34,729 nt of DNA from an uncultured Candidatus Saccharibacteria bacterium (GCA_964363455.1 CAYIIM010000003.1:1-34729); one strand, 5' to 3'; counted from the stretch's first letter, positions 17,844-27,191 are shown. Translations and numbers: made by a program. Notes: generated by a model from the sequence alone, not told the origin.

Positions 17844-18941
17844 ATGAATACTAAATTGCTTTCGCCGAAGTTTTTGATTTTTTGCGCTTTTTTATTTTTT
17901 GGGCTTTTTATGATTATGCAGGCGGTGATCGGTGATAGCTTTGAAGAAGTTTCAGGTTCGGCTTTACCAAAAAAAGGAAGGAATTTAGAAATTGAACCAA
18001 TTTTACCTCCGGGGAGTTTGGGGGATTGGGCGGCAACCACGCCGTTACCTGGTGGAGCTTTGCCTTATAGTAAATATGTTAGCAATGAAAATTTTGTTTA
18101 TGTCTTAGGGGGGAGTAGCGGAGGTGTAGCGACGAGGACGGTGAGGTTCGCGCCATTTAATTCTAATGGGGCAATTGGTTCTTGGTCCGAAACCACGCCG
18201 CTACCAATCGGTCTTTCTCAACATGGAGCGATTATTTATGGAGAATATTTGTATGTAATGGGTGGTGACAGAGTAGCCCCAGATGTCCGTTTTTCCAAAA
18301 TTGATTCATCTGGAAGTTTAGGTCCATGGATGATCATGGATTCGGATTTTGATTTGGGCGCCCAAAGAGATAACTTCCCAGTAGTTGGTTATAATGGCTA
18401 TCTGTTTGTAATTGGTGGAAATGTGGCTGGGAGAGATGGGGGTTCGGTTTTGCATTCCCAAGTTAATTCTGCTGACGGATCGGTGGGTTTTTGGACTCCA
18501 ACACTTGCCCTACCGAATTCCTTAAGTTTTCACGCCGCAGTTTTGAATAATGATTACGTCTATGTAATTGGTGGAGCGAAAGATTCGGTTGATTCCAGCG
18601 AGGTTTTATATGGCCGTATTAATCAAAGTGGTGAGATTGATTCTTGGACTCAAACAACGCCGTTGCCGACGCCAAGGTCTGGACATGGGGCGGTTGTCTA
18701 TAATAACAGAATCTATGTAATAGGGGGATCCTCGCAGTCAAATGGTACGAATGTGATTTTTGCGCCGATTTTATCCGATGGGGGTATTGGAGCTTGGACA
18801 AACACTACTCAACTACCTTCATCAAGAATTCTCTCAACACCACTAGTGAATAAAGGCCGGATTTATGTTTTAGGAGATAAAAATGGGTTGCCGGATGTGA
18901 TTTATTCAACAGTTTCGGGCTTGGTGCCGGTTTTAAATTAG
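17844..18941 (+). CDS. Kelch-repeat beta-propeller protein with signal/TM helix
   Basis: Six blades: FVYVLGG, YLYVMGG, YLFVIGG, YVYVIGG, RIYVIGG, RIYVLGD; LPTPRSGH is a classic Kelch motif. Confidence 0.88.
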   Translation: MNTKLLSPKFLIFCAFLFFGLFMIMQAVIGDSFEEVSGSALPKKGRNLEIEPILPPGSLGDWAATTPLPGGALPYSKYVSNENFVYVLGGSSGGVATRTVRFAPFNSNGAIGSWSETTPLPIGLSQHGAIIYGEYLYVMGGDRVAPDVRFSKIDSSGSLGPWMIMDSDFDLGAQRDNFPVVGYNGYLFVIGGNVAGRDGGSVLHSQVNSADGSVGFWTPTLALPNSLSFHAAVLNNDYVYVIGGAKDSVDSSEVLYGRINQSGEIDSWTQTTPLPTPRSGHGAVVYNNRIYVIGGSSQSNGTNVIFAPILSDGGIGAWTNTTQLPSSRILSTPLVNKGRIYVLGDKNGLPDVIYSTVSGLVPVLN

Positions 18942-19006
18942 TTTTCTTATCCCCAGTTTTGTAGTTGTGTTGGTTAAAAAGTTGTATAATTAAGTTATAA
19001 AAATAA

Positions 19007-19996
19007 ATGGGGAAGTATTTGAGCGTTAACCGGGAAGCGGGTTTGTTTGTTTTGGGACTTTTAGTGACGGTCGTTGTTTTGTCGATCGTAATTAATGTTT
19101 TTGATTGGAGGACGGGAACTTTGTATGGCGCGGGAACGACCCAGACGGCCTCTTCGACCGTCATAGTTGGGAATGCGGCACCGACGGTGACAAGCGTGAT
19201 TTTGAATATTAACTCAGAGATTGTTTTAACCGCAAACGCCACTACCGCGGTGACTGTGTCGGCTATCATATCTGACAACAATGGTTGCGCTGATATAACT
19301 GGCGCTGGAGCCTCCACTACTATCTTGGTTTATCGTTCGGGTGTTACATCTTCTACTTGTTTGACGACTCAAGATAATCAAAACTGTTATTTAGCGACGG
19401 CATTTACGGCGTCGAGCACTTGTTCTGGTAATTCTGTAAACGCTACCGCAACACTCGGAATTTATTATTTTGCCCAACCGACGGATGCCTCCAGCTCTCT
19501 TTTTACTGCTCAAAACTGGTTGGCAACGGTGATTTTTAAAGATACGAATAATTCTACTGGTTCTGGTGATCCTTCTTTAGGAGTTGACGTGAGGAGTTTG
19601 ACGGCTATTAATGTGACAACTTCTTCAATTAATTATGGTACTTTATCGGCTAGCTCAACCAGCGCGGCTAATGTGGTGACGACGAGCACGAATGCGGGAA
19701 ATACCTCAACTACACTTAGTCTTTCAGCGAATGCAACCTTAACTAAGGGATCTGATTCCATTTCGACGAGCTCTCAGCACTATGCAACATCTTCGTTTAC
19801 ATACGGGGGTGCTGAACAGCCTTTGTTGGTCACCGTGACTCACGTGGCTGGATCGATAATGGTACCACCGACTAGTACGACAAATGTGAATCGGCCAATC
19901 TTCTGGGCTTTGAATGTTCCGGCGGGAACTGCAACGGGTACGTATAACGGGGTGACATTGTTTACTGCGGCTTATACTACTTCCTCTCCTTTGTAG
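19007..19996 (+). CDS. secreted Ser/Thr-rich beta-sandwich protein; bare scaffold, candidate major structural subunit
   Basis: 329 aa; long near-identical blocks with the 624 aa ORF but no Kelch insert; ends FWALNVPAGTATGTYNGVTLFTA. Confidence 0.8.
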   Translation: MGKYLSVNREAGLFVLGLLVTVVVLSIVINVFDWRTGTLYGAGTTQTASSTVIVGNAAPTVTSVILNINSEIVLTANATTAVTVSAIISDNNGCADITGAGASTTILVYRSGVTSSTCLTTQDNQNCYLATAFTASSTCSGNSVNATATLGIYYFAQPTDASSSLFTAQNWLATVIFKDTNNSTGSGDPSLGVDVRSLTAINVTTSSINYGTLSASSTSAANVVTTSTNAGNTSTTLSLSANATLTKGSDSISTSSQHYATSSFTYGGAEQPLLVTVTHVAGSIMVPPTSTTNVNRPIFWALNVPAGTATGTYNGVTLFTAAYTTSSPL

Positions 19997-20128
19997 TGTT
20001 TATTTGATTTTTAAAATATTAGCAATTTGAACTTTTGTGAGCTTTGTTGTATGACTAATCTGTGTATTCCGAGGTCTGGTTTTGTGCGGTTTCTAGAGGT
20101 ATAATTATTGGGTATTTACCAGTATTAA

Positions 20129-21037
20129 TTGATGAAATCACGGCTTCTAAAATTGGGGTTTTTGGGTTTGACTTTTTTTGTTTTTATTTTTTCAACCAAG
20201 ATCGTGTTGGGGGCTTTTGGGGTTTCGCCGCCGTTTTTAGTTAATGATCATTTGGTGAAGGGGTCAAGGTATACCCAAGTGATTTATTTAGTTAGAGACA
20301 ACGCGGAGGATGATTTACCGATCGCGGCGAAACTGGAAGTTAATGACAAGGTGAGGGGCTGGTTTCAAGTTTCTGGCGGTGAGGCATTTACGATTCCCAA
20401 AGGGGTTCGACAGTTTCCGGTTGAGGTGACGATTACAATTCCTCAGGACGCAGGACTTGGGGTTTATACGGGGAAAATGAGCTTCGTGGGCCGGCCGGAT
20501 GCGACGGGGCAGGTGACGATTGCGCTTGGAGTAGAGGTTTCAATTAATTTTACAATCGGTGAAGGAATCTATCGAAGCTCAAGAGTTCAAGGGATTAGTT
20601 TTTTAGATATTGAAGAGGGTTGGTCGCCAAAAGTTTCGGTTAAGTTTGTGAATGAAGGTAATATCCCTGAATCGCTTGAGAGAGCGACGTATGAACTATT
20701 TGATCAATTTGGATCAGTGCGTTTGGGTTTTGTGCAGAAGAATGAAGGCTTTCCAGAGATAGAAGCGTTTACGACCAAGGATTTTGTGGTGGATTTTCCG
20801 ATTGATCTGCATCTCGGTATTGGTTCGTATTGGGGTTCAGTGAATTTTTATAAGGAGGGCAAAGTAGTTGGAAGTCAGAGGACAATTTTTAACGTGGTTG
20901 AAGCCGGATCGCTTTCAGGGACTTGGGCTAGATTTTTGAATCACGTGCAGACGAGTTGGATTTATTATTTGGTTGGTCTGGTAATTGCGGTGGGGGTGGG
21001 AGTTTTTATGATGAAGAGGAAGAATAGCCGGAGGTAG
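20129..21037 (+). CDS. exported two-domain beta protein with C-terminal TM anchor (DUF916/DUF3324-like or chaperone-like)
   Basis: Signal peptide, then FGVSPP; VTITIPQDAGLGVY; VKFVNEGNI; C-terminal TM plus KRKNSRR. Start probably ATG at 20132. Family assignment is inference. Confidence 0.6.
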   Translation: MMKSRLLKLGFLGLTFFVFIFSTKIVLGAFGVSPPFLVNDHLVKGSRYTQVIYLVRDNAEDDLPIAAKLEVNDKVRGWFQVSGGEAFTIPKGVRQFPVEVTITIPQDAGLGVYTGKMSFVGRPDATGQVTIALGVEVSINFTIGEGIYRSSRVQGISFLDIEEGWSPKVSVKFVNEGNIPESLERATYELFDQFGSVRLGFVQKNEGFPEIEAFTTKDFVVDFPIDLHLGIGSYWGSVNFYKEGKVVGSQRTIFNVVEAGSLSGTWARFLNHVQTSWIYYLVGLVIAVGVGVFMMKRKNSRR

Positions 21038-21049
21038 AAAGTTTTGTAG

Positions 21050-22012
21050 ATGAAATGGTATTATTTTTTAATTTTAGGGGTTTTTAGTGTAGTTTTTGTT
21101 TCAAATTTTTACTTTGAACCGATTGTGGTTTTGGGTTTAACCACAACCACTTCGACGGTGGCAGTGACAGGGCAAGCGGTTTTGACGCAATCGGATTATC
21201 GGTGGTATGTAAACGGAGATGTTTTAACACCAACTTCGAGTTTGGCAGGCGAAAATACGGCGACTTCAACTCCGGCGGGCGGTGAGATAATTAGGTTCAG
21301 GATGAATTTGTTGGCTGGGCAGAACGTTGGCTCGGGTTTAATTTTTAAACTTCAGTACTCGAATTCAACCTCGTCTGGTTTTACGGACCTAGGGACAACT
21401 TCGACTTGGGTTTTTTATGACAATACCGGTGTGGCAGACGGACAGATTATTGCTACCACGCTTTTAACGAACTCAAACACCGGCGAATCTTATGGTGAAT
21501 CAAATCCAAGCGCAACTTCACCCAATGCGATTTTGTCTGGTCAGTATTGCGAATGTTACTGGGTGGTTCATAATAATTCTGCGAGCACGAGCACGAGTTG
21601 GTATTTTAGGATGATTTATTCTTCAGGGACAGTATTGGATGCTTATTCTCGATTCCCGACTTTGTCTGCGGTTTCGGCGGCTACAACGACAACGCCAACA
21701 TCAACCAGCCCTGGTGGAGGAGGGGGAAGCCCTGGTGGAGGAGGTGGAGGAAGTTTGATTTTTCCAAAACCAATTTTCCCGGTTTTCGACCCAGAGGGAC
21801 CGACAAAGCCAAGGCCGGATTCACCCTGTGACAATGTTGCGTTACAAAAGGTTGATTTAAGTGGGGATTGCCGAGTAGACCTAATCGATTTGTCGATTTT
21901 GCTTTATTATTATGAAGATGAAGGGTCGACGATTGCGAGGTATGATTTTGACGATAGTGGGGTGGTGGATTTTCCGGATGTTTCGGTTTTGATGTTTTAT
22001 TGGACGAAGTAA
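21050..22012 (+). CDS. secreted protein with C-terminal dockerin-like domain after a Thr/Gly/Pro linker
   Basis: Two EF-hand-like repeats: DLSGDCRVDLIDLSILLYYY and DFDDSGVVDFPDVSVLMFYW. Confidence 0.8.
   Translation: MKWYYFLILGVFSVVFVSNFYFEPIVVLGLTTTTSTVAVTGQAVLTQSDYRWYVNGDVLTPTSSLAGENTATSTPAGGEIIRFRMNLLAGQNVGSGLIFKLQYSNSTSSGFTDLGTTSTWVFYDNTGVADGQIIATTLLTNSNTGESYGESNPSATSPNAILSGQYCECYWVVHNNSASTSTSWYFRMIYSSGTVLDAYSRFPTLSAVSAATTTTPTSTSPGGGGGSPGGGGGGSLIFPKPIFPVFDPEGPTKPRPDSPCDNVALQKVDLSGDCRVDLIDLSILLYYYEDEGSTIARYDFDDSGVVDFPDVSVLMFYWTK
21707..21748 (+). repeat. 21-bp tandem duplication encoding SPGGGGG twice
   Basis: AGCCCTGGTGGAGGAGGGGGA AGCCCTGGTGGAGGAGGTGGA. Confidence 0.85.
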
Positions 22013-22047
22013 TAGTTGATAGAAAGTAGAGAGTAGTAAGTAGAAGG
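22013..22047 (+). repeat. TAG-led heptamer array after the dockerin gene
   Basis: TAGTTGA TAGAAAG TAGAGAG TAGTAAG TAGAAGG. Confidence 0.8.
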
Positions 22048-22074
22048 TTAAGAAATTATTTAAGAATTAAAGAA

Positions 22075-22944
22075 ATGAAAAAAACTTTTAAAGTATTTTT
22101 TGCGATAGTTTTAGGATTGGTTTTGTGCTTAGGAGGAGCGAAGGCTCAAGAACCTCAAATTAAGTTTCATATAATCGGGCCCGAAGAAACTTTGGGGGTT
22201 GGCGCTGAATTTCCTTTGAAAATTGTTTTGGATACTGATAACCCGGTGAATGCTTATCAGGTGGCGCTTGGCTTTAATTCGGAAAATTTGGAAGTTTTAA
22301 ATACGAATGACGCAGGTTCGATTATCGACATTATGCGAGATCAGCCGGAGGTATATGAAGACGGTCGAGTGACTTTTTCTGGAGCGAGTTTGAATTCTTT
22401 TGAAGGGGATGACGGATTGCTTTTAACTTTGAATTTTCGAGTTTTAAAAGAGGGCGTGAGTGAACTTAACTTTCTTGAATCTTTTGTTTATTTGGCGAAT
22501 GGAAAAGGAACGAAAATTCGAGTGTTAAGTGGGGTTGGGACGGTAGTTTCAAAAGAAGGGGTGGCGGTGACGAAGGATGCGATGATCGTCGATGATGCTC
22601 CGCCAAGCGTTTTGAATTTATCAATTGTCGATGATCCAATAAACGAAAAGCAAAAACTTTTAGGTTTTGTGGTGAAGGACAACTCGGCGGGCGTGAAACA
22701 AACCTTTATTCAGTATCGGAAGTGGCTGACTTGGAGCGATGAGGAAATCGCACAAAACCCGATGGCGATCCCGAAAAATGTTTGGGCGGTTAAGTTTAGA
22801 GCGCTCGATAACACAGGAAATATCAGTGAAAAGGTGGTTTATGATTGGAAAGCATTTCTTTACTACGACCTCTTAGTTTTTGTGATTGCGATTTTGACGT
22901 TGGGGGTAGTTATAAACAGAACTTTTAAGCGAAAGAGAGTATAA
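22075..22944 (+). CDS. cohesin-like domain protein with C-terminal TM anchor
   Basis: Signal peptide (AKA-Q); VGAEFPLKIVLDT...VNAYQVALGFNSENLEV...LLTLNFRVLKEG...ANGKGT; TM and basic tail. Confidence 0.72.
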   Translation: MKKTFKVFFAIVLGLVLCLGGAKAQEPQIKFHIIGPEETLGVGAEFPLKIVLDTDNPVNAYQVALGFNSENLEVLNTNDAGSIIDIMRDQPEVYEDGRVTFSGASLNSFEGDDGLLLTLNFRVLKEGVSELNFLESFVYLANGKGTKIRVLSGVGTVVSKEGVAVTKDAMIVDDAPPSVLNLSIVDDPINEKQKLLGFVVKDNSAGVKQTFIQYRKWLTWSDEEIAQNPMAIPKNVWAVKFRALDNTGNISEKVVYDWKAFLYYDLLVFVIAILTLGVVINRTFKRKRV

Positions 22945-22953
22945 TTAATGTAA

Positions 22954-25044
22954 ATGAGGAGAATCTTCCCGATTTTTTTGGTTGTCCTGATTGGAACCAT
23001 TTTATTTTCGCCACTGCTTAAAACTTATGCGGCGCCGGATTTATCGGCGGCTTCGCTTTTCGTGGGACCAGCAACGGGATATTACACAGTTGGGAGTACT
23101 TTTACGATTTCATTGTTTTTAAACACGGGCGGACAATCAGTAAATGCGATCGAGGCGAACTTGAGTTTCCCTCCAGACAAATTGCAAGTAGTGACGCCTT
23201 CGACGGGAAAATCGCTAATCCAAGTTTGGGTAGATCAGCCGTCTTTTTCAAACACGGAAGGAACTTTGCGTTTTCAAGGGGCGATTCCAACACCGGGAAT
23301 TAATACGCAGAGCGGGATGATCGCGACGATGACTTTTCGGGTGAAGCAAACTGGAGTGGCCGCACTGAAAATTTTGGATACATCGAGGGTTTTATTGAAT
23401 GACGGAAAGGGGACGGATATTTTAGGAGAAAGGACGGGAGGGATTTTTGAATTAATTTTGCCGCCGCCGGCGGGGCCGCTCGTTACTTCGCCAACACATC
23501 CAGATCAAACAAAGTGGTATAGTGGAAACAACCCAGCTCTTACTTGGTCAAAGGGAAGCGAAGTTCGAGGCTTTAGTTATGTTTTGAATGATTCGCCGAT
23601 AGATACTCCAGATGACATTACTGAGGGAGTGAAGACCAATGTGGCATACAAGGATTTACCAGATGGAATTCATTATTTTCATATTAAATCTTTAGGGGTG
23701 GATGCTTGGGGCGGGGTGACGCACTACGCGATTAATATCGACAAAACACCGCCGGCAGCTTTCGAATTAGCAATTTCGCCTGGCGAGCGAACTTCAAGGA
23801 AGCAGCCGATTTTTGATTTTGACACAACGGATGAAGCTTCCGGAATTGATCATTATGAATTGAAGCTTATTCCACTCGATCAGAATGCTCGAGAGGTTTT
23901 AGGGAGCGAGGGTGCGACGGAAACGCCGTTTTTTGTGGAGGTGAGTTCGCCTTATTATCGCGAGCTTGATTTGGGACGTTTTGAAGTGGTGGTGCGGGCG
24001 TATGACAAAGCAGGAAACTATTTTCAAACCGAGAAAAAACTGACGATCACAAAGGCTATTTTTGAGTTTATTAAAGGTGAAGGCTTGAGTTTACGCGGCA
24101 ACCTCACGATTTCTTGGATTTGGGTGTGGATTATCGGTTTAATCGCTTTCGGGCTGCTATTTTTGGTGGGAAAAAAAGTTTGGCGATGGCATCGAGAAGT
24201 AGAGCATCACTTGGAAGCGGGGGCCCACAATCATCCGGCGGTTTCGGAAAAGTTCGATGTACTAAAGGAAAAAATGAAAGAATATGGGAAGGATTTCAAT
24301 AACGGAAAGATGCCGCTGATTTTGTTAGCACTTTCGGCGAGTTTGATTTTCGGATTCAGCGATTTGGCTTTGGCGCAGTCAACGCCGCAACCGCTTTCCG
24401 TTGAACCGCCGATCGTGACGCTTTTCCCGGAATCAATTTCCAACGACGAAATTCTTTTCATTGGCGGGCGGGCTGGAGCGCCAGAAGCAGAAGTAATCGT
24501 TTATATTCAAGAAGAGGCGACAGGGGAGTCGATTAGTCAGACAGTTAAGACGGATAAAGACGGCGGGTGGTTTTATTCATTCCCTCAATTTTTTGACGCG
24601 GGTGAGTATGTGGGTTGGACTCAGCTTAAAGTCGGAGAACAGTTGAGCCCGCCAAGCGCAAAGCTGGAACTTTTAGTCGCGCCAACGGCGATTCAATTTG
24701 GCGATGGAAGATTTAGTTACGAGCAGTTTTACTTTATTATACTTTTAATTTTGGCAATTCTGTTTGTCGGCGTATTTGTCTTTATTGGGTACCATCTTTT
24801 CCATCACCGAAAGAAGCAGAAGATTTTGTTTAAGGAGATTCGGGAAGCGGAGGATTCGATTAGGAGGGGTTTCTTGGTTTTGAGACGGGATATCGAGTCG
24901 GAATTGGCGGTCGTTCGGAAGATGAAGGGAGACCGAGAGTTGGGGATGGAGGAGAGAGTCCGAGAGGAAAAACTTCTTAAGGATATTGAGACGGTAAGCA
25001 GTTTTATAAGTAAGGAGGTGTGGGATATTGAGAAAAGTATCTAG
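22954..25044 (+). CDS. cohesin-like domain membrane protein with Ig-like domains, two TM anchors and a cytoplasmic helical tail
   Basis: VGSTFTISLFLNTGGQSVNAIEANLSFPPDKLQVV...IATMTFRVK...NDGKGT; SPTHPDQTKWY; VRAYDKAGN; internal signal-like helix. Confidence 0.78.
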   Translation: MRRIFPIFLVVLIGTILFSPLLKTYAAPDLSAASLFVGPATGYYTVGSTFTISLFLNTGGQSVNAIEANLSFPPDKLQVVTPSTGKSLIQVWVDQPSFSNTEGTLRFQGAIPTPGINTQSGMIATMTFRVKQTGVAALKILDTSRVLLNDGKGTDILGERTGGIFELILPPPAGPLVTSPTHPDQTKWYSGNNPALTWSKGSEVRGFSYVLNDSPIDTPDDITEGVKTNVAYKDLPDGIHYFHIKSLGVDAWGGVTHYAINIDKTPPAAFELAISPGERTSRKQPIFDFDTTDEASGIDHYELKLIPLDQNAREVLGSEGATETPFFVEVSSPYYRELDLGRFEVVVRAYDKAGNYFQTEKKLTITKAIFEFIKGEGLSLRGNLTISWIWVWIIGLIAFGLLFLVGKKVWRWHREVEHHLEAGAHNHPAVSEKFDVLKEKMKEYGKDFNNGKMPLILLALSASLIFGFSDLALAQSTPQPLSVEPPIVTLFPESISNDEILFIGGRAGAPEAEVIVYIQEEATGESISQTVKTDKDGGWFYSFPQFFDAGEYVGWTQLKVGEQLSPPSAKLELLVAPTAIQFGDGRFSYEQFYFIILLILAILFVGVFVFIGYHLFHHRKKQKILFKEIREAEDSIRRGFLVLRRDIESELAVVRKMKGDRELGMEERVREEKLLKDIETVSSFISKEVWDIEKSI

Positions 25045-25338
25045 AATTTAGTATCGAGTATTAAGTAGTAAAAATGTGCATAAGAATTTGGCCAAGACCA
25101 AAAATATTAACCTTGAACCACGAAGTGTTATAGATAGAGCAGTTAATGGAGGGTGAAATCGATGCCGTAATTTAACGGCTTATTAAAGAGCGGACAAGGC
25201 TTGCCAAAGTGTGGGGTTTTTGGTAACTTTTGGGTGAGAAAAGACCTTGTATTTGAGGGTTTAAAGCCCTAAGTTTGATGTTTAGGTGAAAAAAGGTCGG
25301 TTTTATTAGGTTCCTAAGATTTAGGAGCTTTAAGGAAA

Positions 25339-25647
25339 ATGGTTTTTCTCTATGTTACTTGTAAAAACCAAGAGGAGGCGAAGCGGATTGGGCGGCAGTT
25401 AATTCGCCAGAGGGCGGCGGGATGTGTGAATATTTCCCCCATAAACTCAATTTATAGTGAGAAAGACGGGGGATTGCACGAGACTGAAGAGACTTCGATG
25501 ATTATTAAGACGATTGATTCCAAGATTCAGGAAGCGGAAGATATTATTCGAAGCATCCACAGCTATAAAACGCCCTGTATTGCCACTTTTGCGCTTCATC
25601 GTCTCAATCACGAGTATAAAGCTTGGTTAACAAGCTGTGTGGTCTAG
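25339..25647 (+). CDS. cutA: divalent-cation tolerance protein CutA
   Basis: YVTC...EAKRIG...AGCVNI...SIY...IKT...IHSYKTPCI. Confidence 0.9.
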   Translation: MVFLYVTCKNQEEAKRIGRQLIRQRAAGCVNISPINSIYSEKDGGLHETEETSMIIKTIDSKIQEAEDIIRSIHSYKTPCIATFALHRLNHEYKAWLTSCVV

Positions 25648-25684
25648 GATAGGGTTTAGCGACTAGCCAATAGGGTATAGGTTG
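25645..25684 (+). repeat. TAG-led heptamer array after cutA
   Basis: TAGGA TAGGGTT TAGCGAC TAGCCAA TAGGGTA TAGGTTG. Confidence 0.85.
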
Positions 25685-25698
25685 GCTGTTTTAAAATT

Positions 25699-27189
25699 AT
25701 GGAAATAAAATTATCAAAAACTATTTCTAAGGCGACCACGCCGGTTTTTTTGCTTAAAGATGAAGATCATATTGATAAGCATGGTTTTTATAAATTTTTA
25801 TCAGACGATGACAAAAAGTATTTAATCAATTTTCAAAAAAATTTTCCGGTTAAAAAAGAGCATAGTCATCCTTTGGTTTTGCCATCGGGAATAAAAGTTT
25901 TGGTGATTGGGGTGGGTGAAAGATCTCGGTTTACTAATCGAAAAGCAATTTTGGCTGCTCGGAGGGTGGTGGCGGTGGCTCGTCGGGAAAAAGTTCGAGA
26001 TCTAGCGATTAGCTTTGAAGATTTTTTAGCTAAAGATAATCGTGAGAATCAAAAACTCTTAGCTGAGGTTTTGGCGACTCAATTCGAGATGGCGAACTAT
26101 GAATTTGTTAAGTACAAAACCCCGCAACCAGAAGGATGGTTTTTTGTTCAGGAAATTAATGTTTTTTCAGCAACTAACGGAGTTTTGGGGGAGGCGTTTG
26201 CGAACGGGAAGATGGTAGGGGAGGAAGTTAATAATGCTCGCAATCTATCGAATACCCCCGGGGGGGATATGACACCTCAAACTTTGGCGGATGAAGCGAT
26301 GCTTATTGGCGAGAAGTATGGAATTAAGGTTAGTGTGATTGAAGAAAAGGAGATGGAAGCTTTGAAGATGGGCGGAGTCTTAGGTGTCGGAAAAGGATCG
26401 AGTGAACGACCGAAGTTTATAGTGATGGAATATAAAAAAGGCAAAAAACTCGAGAAGCCGGTGGTTTTGATTGGGAAAGGGGTGACGTTTGATACGGGCG
26501 GGTTGAATTTGAAGCCAGACAGCGCGATTTATGAAATGCATATGGATATGTCGGGAGGGTCGGCGGTGATTCACACAATGGCGGCTTTGGCGCGATTGGG
26601 AGTGAAGAAAAACATTGTGGCTTTAATTCCGGCGGTGGAGAATATGCCTTCGGGATCGAGTTATCGACCAGGAGATGTTTTAACCACGATGAATGGAAAA
26701 ACGATTGAAGTTTTAAACACGGACGCCGAAGGGCGGGTGATTATGGCGGATGCTTTGGAGTATTCTAAAAAGTACAAGCCAAGACTAGTGATTGATGTGG
26801 CGACTTTAACCGGTTCGGCAATGTCGGCCTTGGGGCAGAGAGCGTCAGCGATTTTTTCCACAAATGAAAAAGTGCAAGTAAGGCTGATGGAAGCCGGCGA
26901 AGTGGTTGGGGATTTTGTTTGGCCCTTACCACTCTGGGAAGAATACGAAGAGGACGTAAAAGGCACTTTTGGAGATGTGGCCAATAGCTCTAAGACGAGA
27001 TATGGAGGAGTGATTAATGGAGCGATGTTTTTGTGGCAGTTTATTAAGCCGGGTAATGGCGAGACGCAGATACCGTGGGTGCATATTGATATGGCGCCAA
27101 GGATGACGGCGACGGAAAATGAGTATTTAGCTAAAGGTGCGGTGGGGGCGCCGGTGGGACTTTTGACGGAGTTTTTGAAGAAGTTTTAA
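25699..27189 (+). CDS. pepA: leucyl aminopeptidase (M17 family)
   Basis: GKGVTFDTGGLNLK, MHMDMSG, NTDAEGR, DVATLTG. Confidence 0.95.
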   Translation: MEIKLSKTISKATTPVFLLKDEDHIDKHGFYKFLSDDDKKYLINFQKNFPVKKEHSHPLVLPSGIKVLVIGVGERSRFTNRKAILAARRVVAVARREKVRDLAISFEDFLAKDNRENQKLLAEVLATQFEMANYEFVKYKTPQPEGWFFVQEINVFSATNGVLGEAFANGKMVGEEVNNARNLSNTPGGDMTPQTLADEAMLIGEKYGIKVSVIEEKEMEALKMGGVLGVGKGSSERPKFIVMEYKKGKKLEKPVVLIGKGVTFDTGGLNLKPDSAIYEMHMDMSGGSAVIHTMAALARLGVKKNIVALIPAVENMPSGSSYRPGDVLTTMNGKTIEVLNTDAEGRVIMADALEYSKKYKPRLVIDVATLTGSAMSALGQRASAIFSTNEKVQVRLMEAGEVVGDFVWPLPLWEEYEEDVKGTFGDVANSSKTRYGGVINGAMFLWQFIKPGNGETQIPWVHIDMAPRMTATENEYLAKGAVGAPVGLLTEFLKKF

Positions 27190-27191
27190 AC

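Noticed and set aside
15070-19550. Possible DGR or recent duplication between the 624 and 329 aa genes
   Set aside because: Differences are mostly synonymous third-position changes involving all four bases, not adenine-specific.
25085-25335. Possible structured RNA upstream of cutA
   Set aside because: Only short, weak stems are visible and no RNA family is recognisable by eye.
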